From IMG/VR virus record IMGVR_UViG_3300020442_000339, positions 1 through 36,329 of that record: DNA of 36,329 bases, one strand, 5' to 3'. The notes under the pieces were generated by a model, which saw only the letters and a program-made list of their open reading frames with translations, was not told where the DNA came from and ran no database searches. Numbering within the stretch: position 1 is the stretch's first letter; each line of letters opens with the position of its first letter. Positions 34,338-36,329 of the stretch are shown piece after piece. Origin of the DNA: a virus (lineage: Duplodnaviria; Caudoviricetes). The position numbers were made by a program, and so were the translations under genes.

Positions 34338-35394
34338 CTTGGTCAGGTGATTCGGCATTCTCATCGATTTTGTCGTAGAGTTCAATAAAGGACGTTTTGG
34401 TTTCTTCGTCGAAGCGATTGGTGCAGACTTCGATAGACTTCATACGCTTACCGAAAATCTTGTACGCTTGGACGATGTGGACCAGGCGACGGGTGCTGAT
34501 CACCTCATCGATACCACCATCACGAAAGGTCTTACGGATGATGTCTGCCCAGACTACCAGTTTGGTGACGAATTCTTCATCCTCACACAGTTTAGAGAGA
34601 ATCTTTCCTTCAGTTGAAGGAGTAGGATACTCTTGCTCGAAGGTGATGGGGAATCGCTCAAGGAACGCTTCGTTCAGAACGTTGGTGCCAATGAAGCGAC
34701 CGTCATCAGAACCCTTACCCTTGGTGTTGGCAGTAGCAACCACAGTGAATCCTTCAGTGGGTTGAACAAACTTACCAATTTTCTTCAGAAAGATTCCCTT
34801 TCCTTCGAGCACGGATTGTAGACAAAGGATTTTGCTGGAGGCAAGGTCAATCTCGTCAAGGAGCAGGACCGCACCGCGTTGTAACGCTTCGATGACTGGA
34901 CCGTTATGCCATACAGTGTTGCCGTCCACAAGACGAAACCCACCAATAAGATCGTCTTCATCAGTTTCTACAGTAATGTTTACACGAATCAGTTCGCGTC
35001 CGAGTTGGGCACACGCTTGCTCGACACCGAACGTTTTACCATTGCCCGAGAGACCCGTGATAAACGCAGGGTAGAAGAGACGGGACTTAATAATTTTTTT
35101 AATATCAGTGAAATCACCAAACTGGACGAAGGAATCATCTTTCTGGGGAATAAGGTTCAGTTCTACTGCAGGTTCTGCAGCGGGTGCGTTGTATTGTACC
35201 TCAATTTCTTGGGCAGTGAGACTCCACTTGCCATATCCAACCTTGTATTGATCAAGGCGTTTGCAAATGGTGGGGTAGGAAACTCCAAACTCGTCAGCAG
35301 CTTTCAGAACTGCTTGACTACCAAACTCATTACCAAAGTTGTCGGAGATGTACTGGGTGAGAGCAGCGGGATCGATGTTAGCGGAGCGTGGCAT
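34330..35394 (-). CDS. cobS: CobS/MoxR-like AAA+ ATPase
   Basis: GLSGNGKT, LLLDEID, TANTKGKGS, NEAFLERF, STRRL. Confidence 0.92.
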   Translation of the reverse strand: MPRSANIDPAALTQYISDNFGNEFGSQAVLKAADEFGVSYPTICKRLDQYKVGYGKWSLTAQEIEVQYNAPAAEPAVELNLIPQKDDSFVQFGDFTDIKKIIKSRLFYPAFITGLSGNGKTFGVEQACAQLGRELIRVNITVETDEDDLIGGFRLVDGNTVWHNGPVIEALQRGAVLLLDEIDLASSKILCLQSVLEGKGIFLKKIGKFVQPTEGFTVVATANTKGKGSDDGRFIGTNVLNEAFLERFPITFEQEYPTPSTEGKILSKLCEDEEFVTKLVVWADIIRKTFRDGGIDEVISTRRLVHIVQAYKIFGKRMKSIEVCTNRFDEETKTSFIELYDKIDENAESPDQDA

Positions 35395-35416
35395 TGGTCT
35401 TTGTGTCGATGAACTT

Positions 35417-35474
35417 ATTATAGGGCATGATGCCCCTGAAACCAGGGGCAGTGGACGGTTTACTAGGCGACCAC
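35417..35474 (-). promoter_or_regulatory. Probable phage early-type promoter for cobS
   Basis: TATAAT at 35422-35417; TGCCCCTG/CAGGGGCA hairpin at the -35 position; upstream GTCCAC element. Confidence 0.55.
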
Positions 35475-36329
35475 ATCAACAAAGGAGGACAAGACTTTCT
35501 TGTTTGTAGTCTTTGCCTTCAGCATAGACTTGAATGCCTTGGTGATCTGTGCCTTGGAAGCACCTTCGTCAACATCAAACTCGGAAGATTGGTTGACTGC
35601 AGTGGATGCGATCAGGTACAGGGACTGGAATCCAAGTTGATGGGTGAAGACGAAAGACTTCTCCTTTCTCCACTTCTTAAGAACATTGTCAGCAGTTTCA
35701 TTGTATGTATTTCGATACAAGTACGAAAAATCACCACCAGTGAGGATTCGGAAACCAATGAAGTTAACGTCAGGGAAGTTTTGACGCAGGTTTTCTAGCA
35801 AGAGAGTGGTGATACTGTCATTAAAATTGTGTCCAACAGGGCGAGAAACGTGTCCAGTCTTACGATCACGCAGTCGGACGTTGCTAGACACAGCACGTTG
35901 ACCCCAGTAGCAGTGAATGTTGTCAGCTTTGATGGAGACATTGTAGCTGATGTTGTTTGACTCACCATCAGTCAGAATCACAGTGTTGATCTTCTGAACA
36001 CCAGTCATTCTCTTGAACATGGGGATGATTTCATGCATCGCGATGATGGATTCATTCAGTGGAGTGCCACTCAAGTCCAAACCAGCAGGTGTAGTGACAC
36101 CATACATGTTCATGAAGTAACTGATGCTGAACAGATTGCAGCACTGACGATCAAAATTCTTGGTGTTGGCACGAGATGACAGCACATTAAGGAGAGAAAA
36201 ACGCTTGTGGAAGACAAGTTTGTTCTCTTCTTTCACACATTTCTCTTCCACTACTGTCGGATCATAGTCATGCTCATCTGGGTCAAGGAAGCGACGATTC
36301 CACTCATAAGTGAAGGCATAAACCTCAAA
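35463..36329 (-). CDS. vWA-domain protein (CobT-like partner of CobS), C-terminal part
   Basis: Frame open to the window end (FEVYAFT..); LSGTPLNE and ILTDGE MIDAS-type motifs. Confidence 0.88.
   Translation of the reverse strand, partial: FEVYAFTYEWNRRFLDPDEHDYDPTVVEEKCVKEENKLVFHKRFSLLNVLSSRANTKNFDRQCCNLFSISYFMNMYGVTTPAGLDLSGTPLNESIIAMHEIIPMFKRMTGVQKINTVILTDGESNNISYNVSIKADNIHCYWGQRAVSSNVRLRDRKTGHVSRPVGHNFNDSITTLLLENLRQNFPDVNFIGFRILTGGDFSYLYRNTYNETADNVLKKWRKEKSFVFTHQLGFQSLYLIASTAVNQSSEFDVDEGASKAQITKAFKSMLKAKTTNKKVLSSFVDVVA

Noticed and set aside
34330-36329. Cobalamin biosynthesis role for the cobS/cobT-like pair
   Set aside because: No other cob genes present; better explained as a MoxR AAA+/vWA chaperone pair common in T4-like phages

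Overview
Fragment of a T4-like marine cyanomyovirus genome, most likely a Synechococcus phage; almost all genes are on the minus strand. Left end: 5' part of psbA with a structured leader, two hli genes, an outer-membrane beta-barrel gene, four tRNAs (Gly, Pro, Val, Arg), a manA-type structured RNA, glutaredoxin and talC. From about 5.1 to 9.8 kb: a block of secreted and membrane proteins, including the only plus-strand operon. The rest is the T4-like replication and nucleotide core (nrdB, nrdA, primase, mazG, gp41, uvsX, gp43, hsp20, regA, gp62, dam, gp44, gp45, cobS, vWA protein), interrupted at 15.9-22.3 kb by a late-promoter block. Most notable signals: a complete dnaX-type -1 frameshift cassette at about 18.5 kb; a secreted operon with a TolC/CsgG-like candidate pore subunit and an apparent AUA start; an RBS-sequestering hairpin with a late promoter ahead of a nuclease-like gene; a ROSE-like hsp20 leader; and sigma70 promoters built into terminators. 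All family assignments come from recognising motifs by eye; no searches were run.
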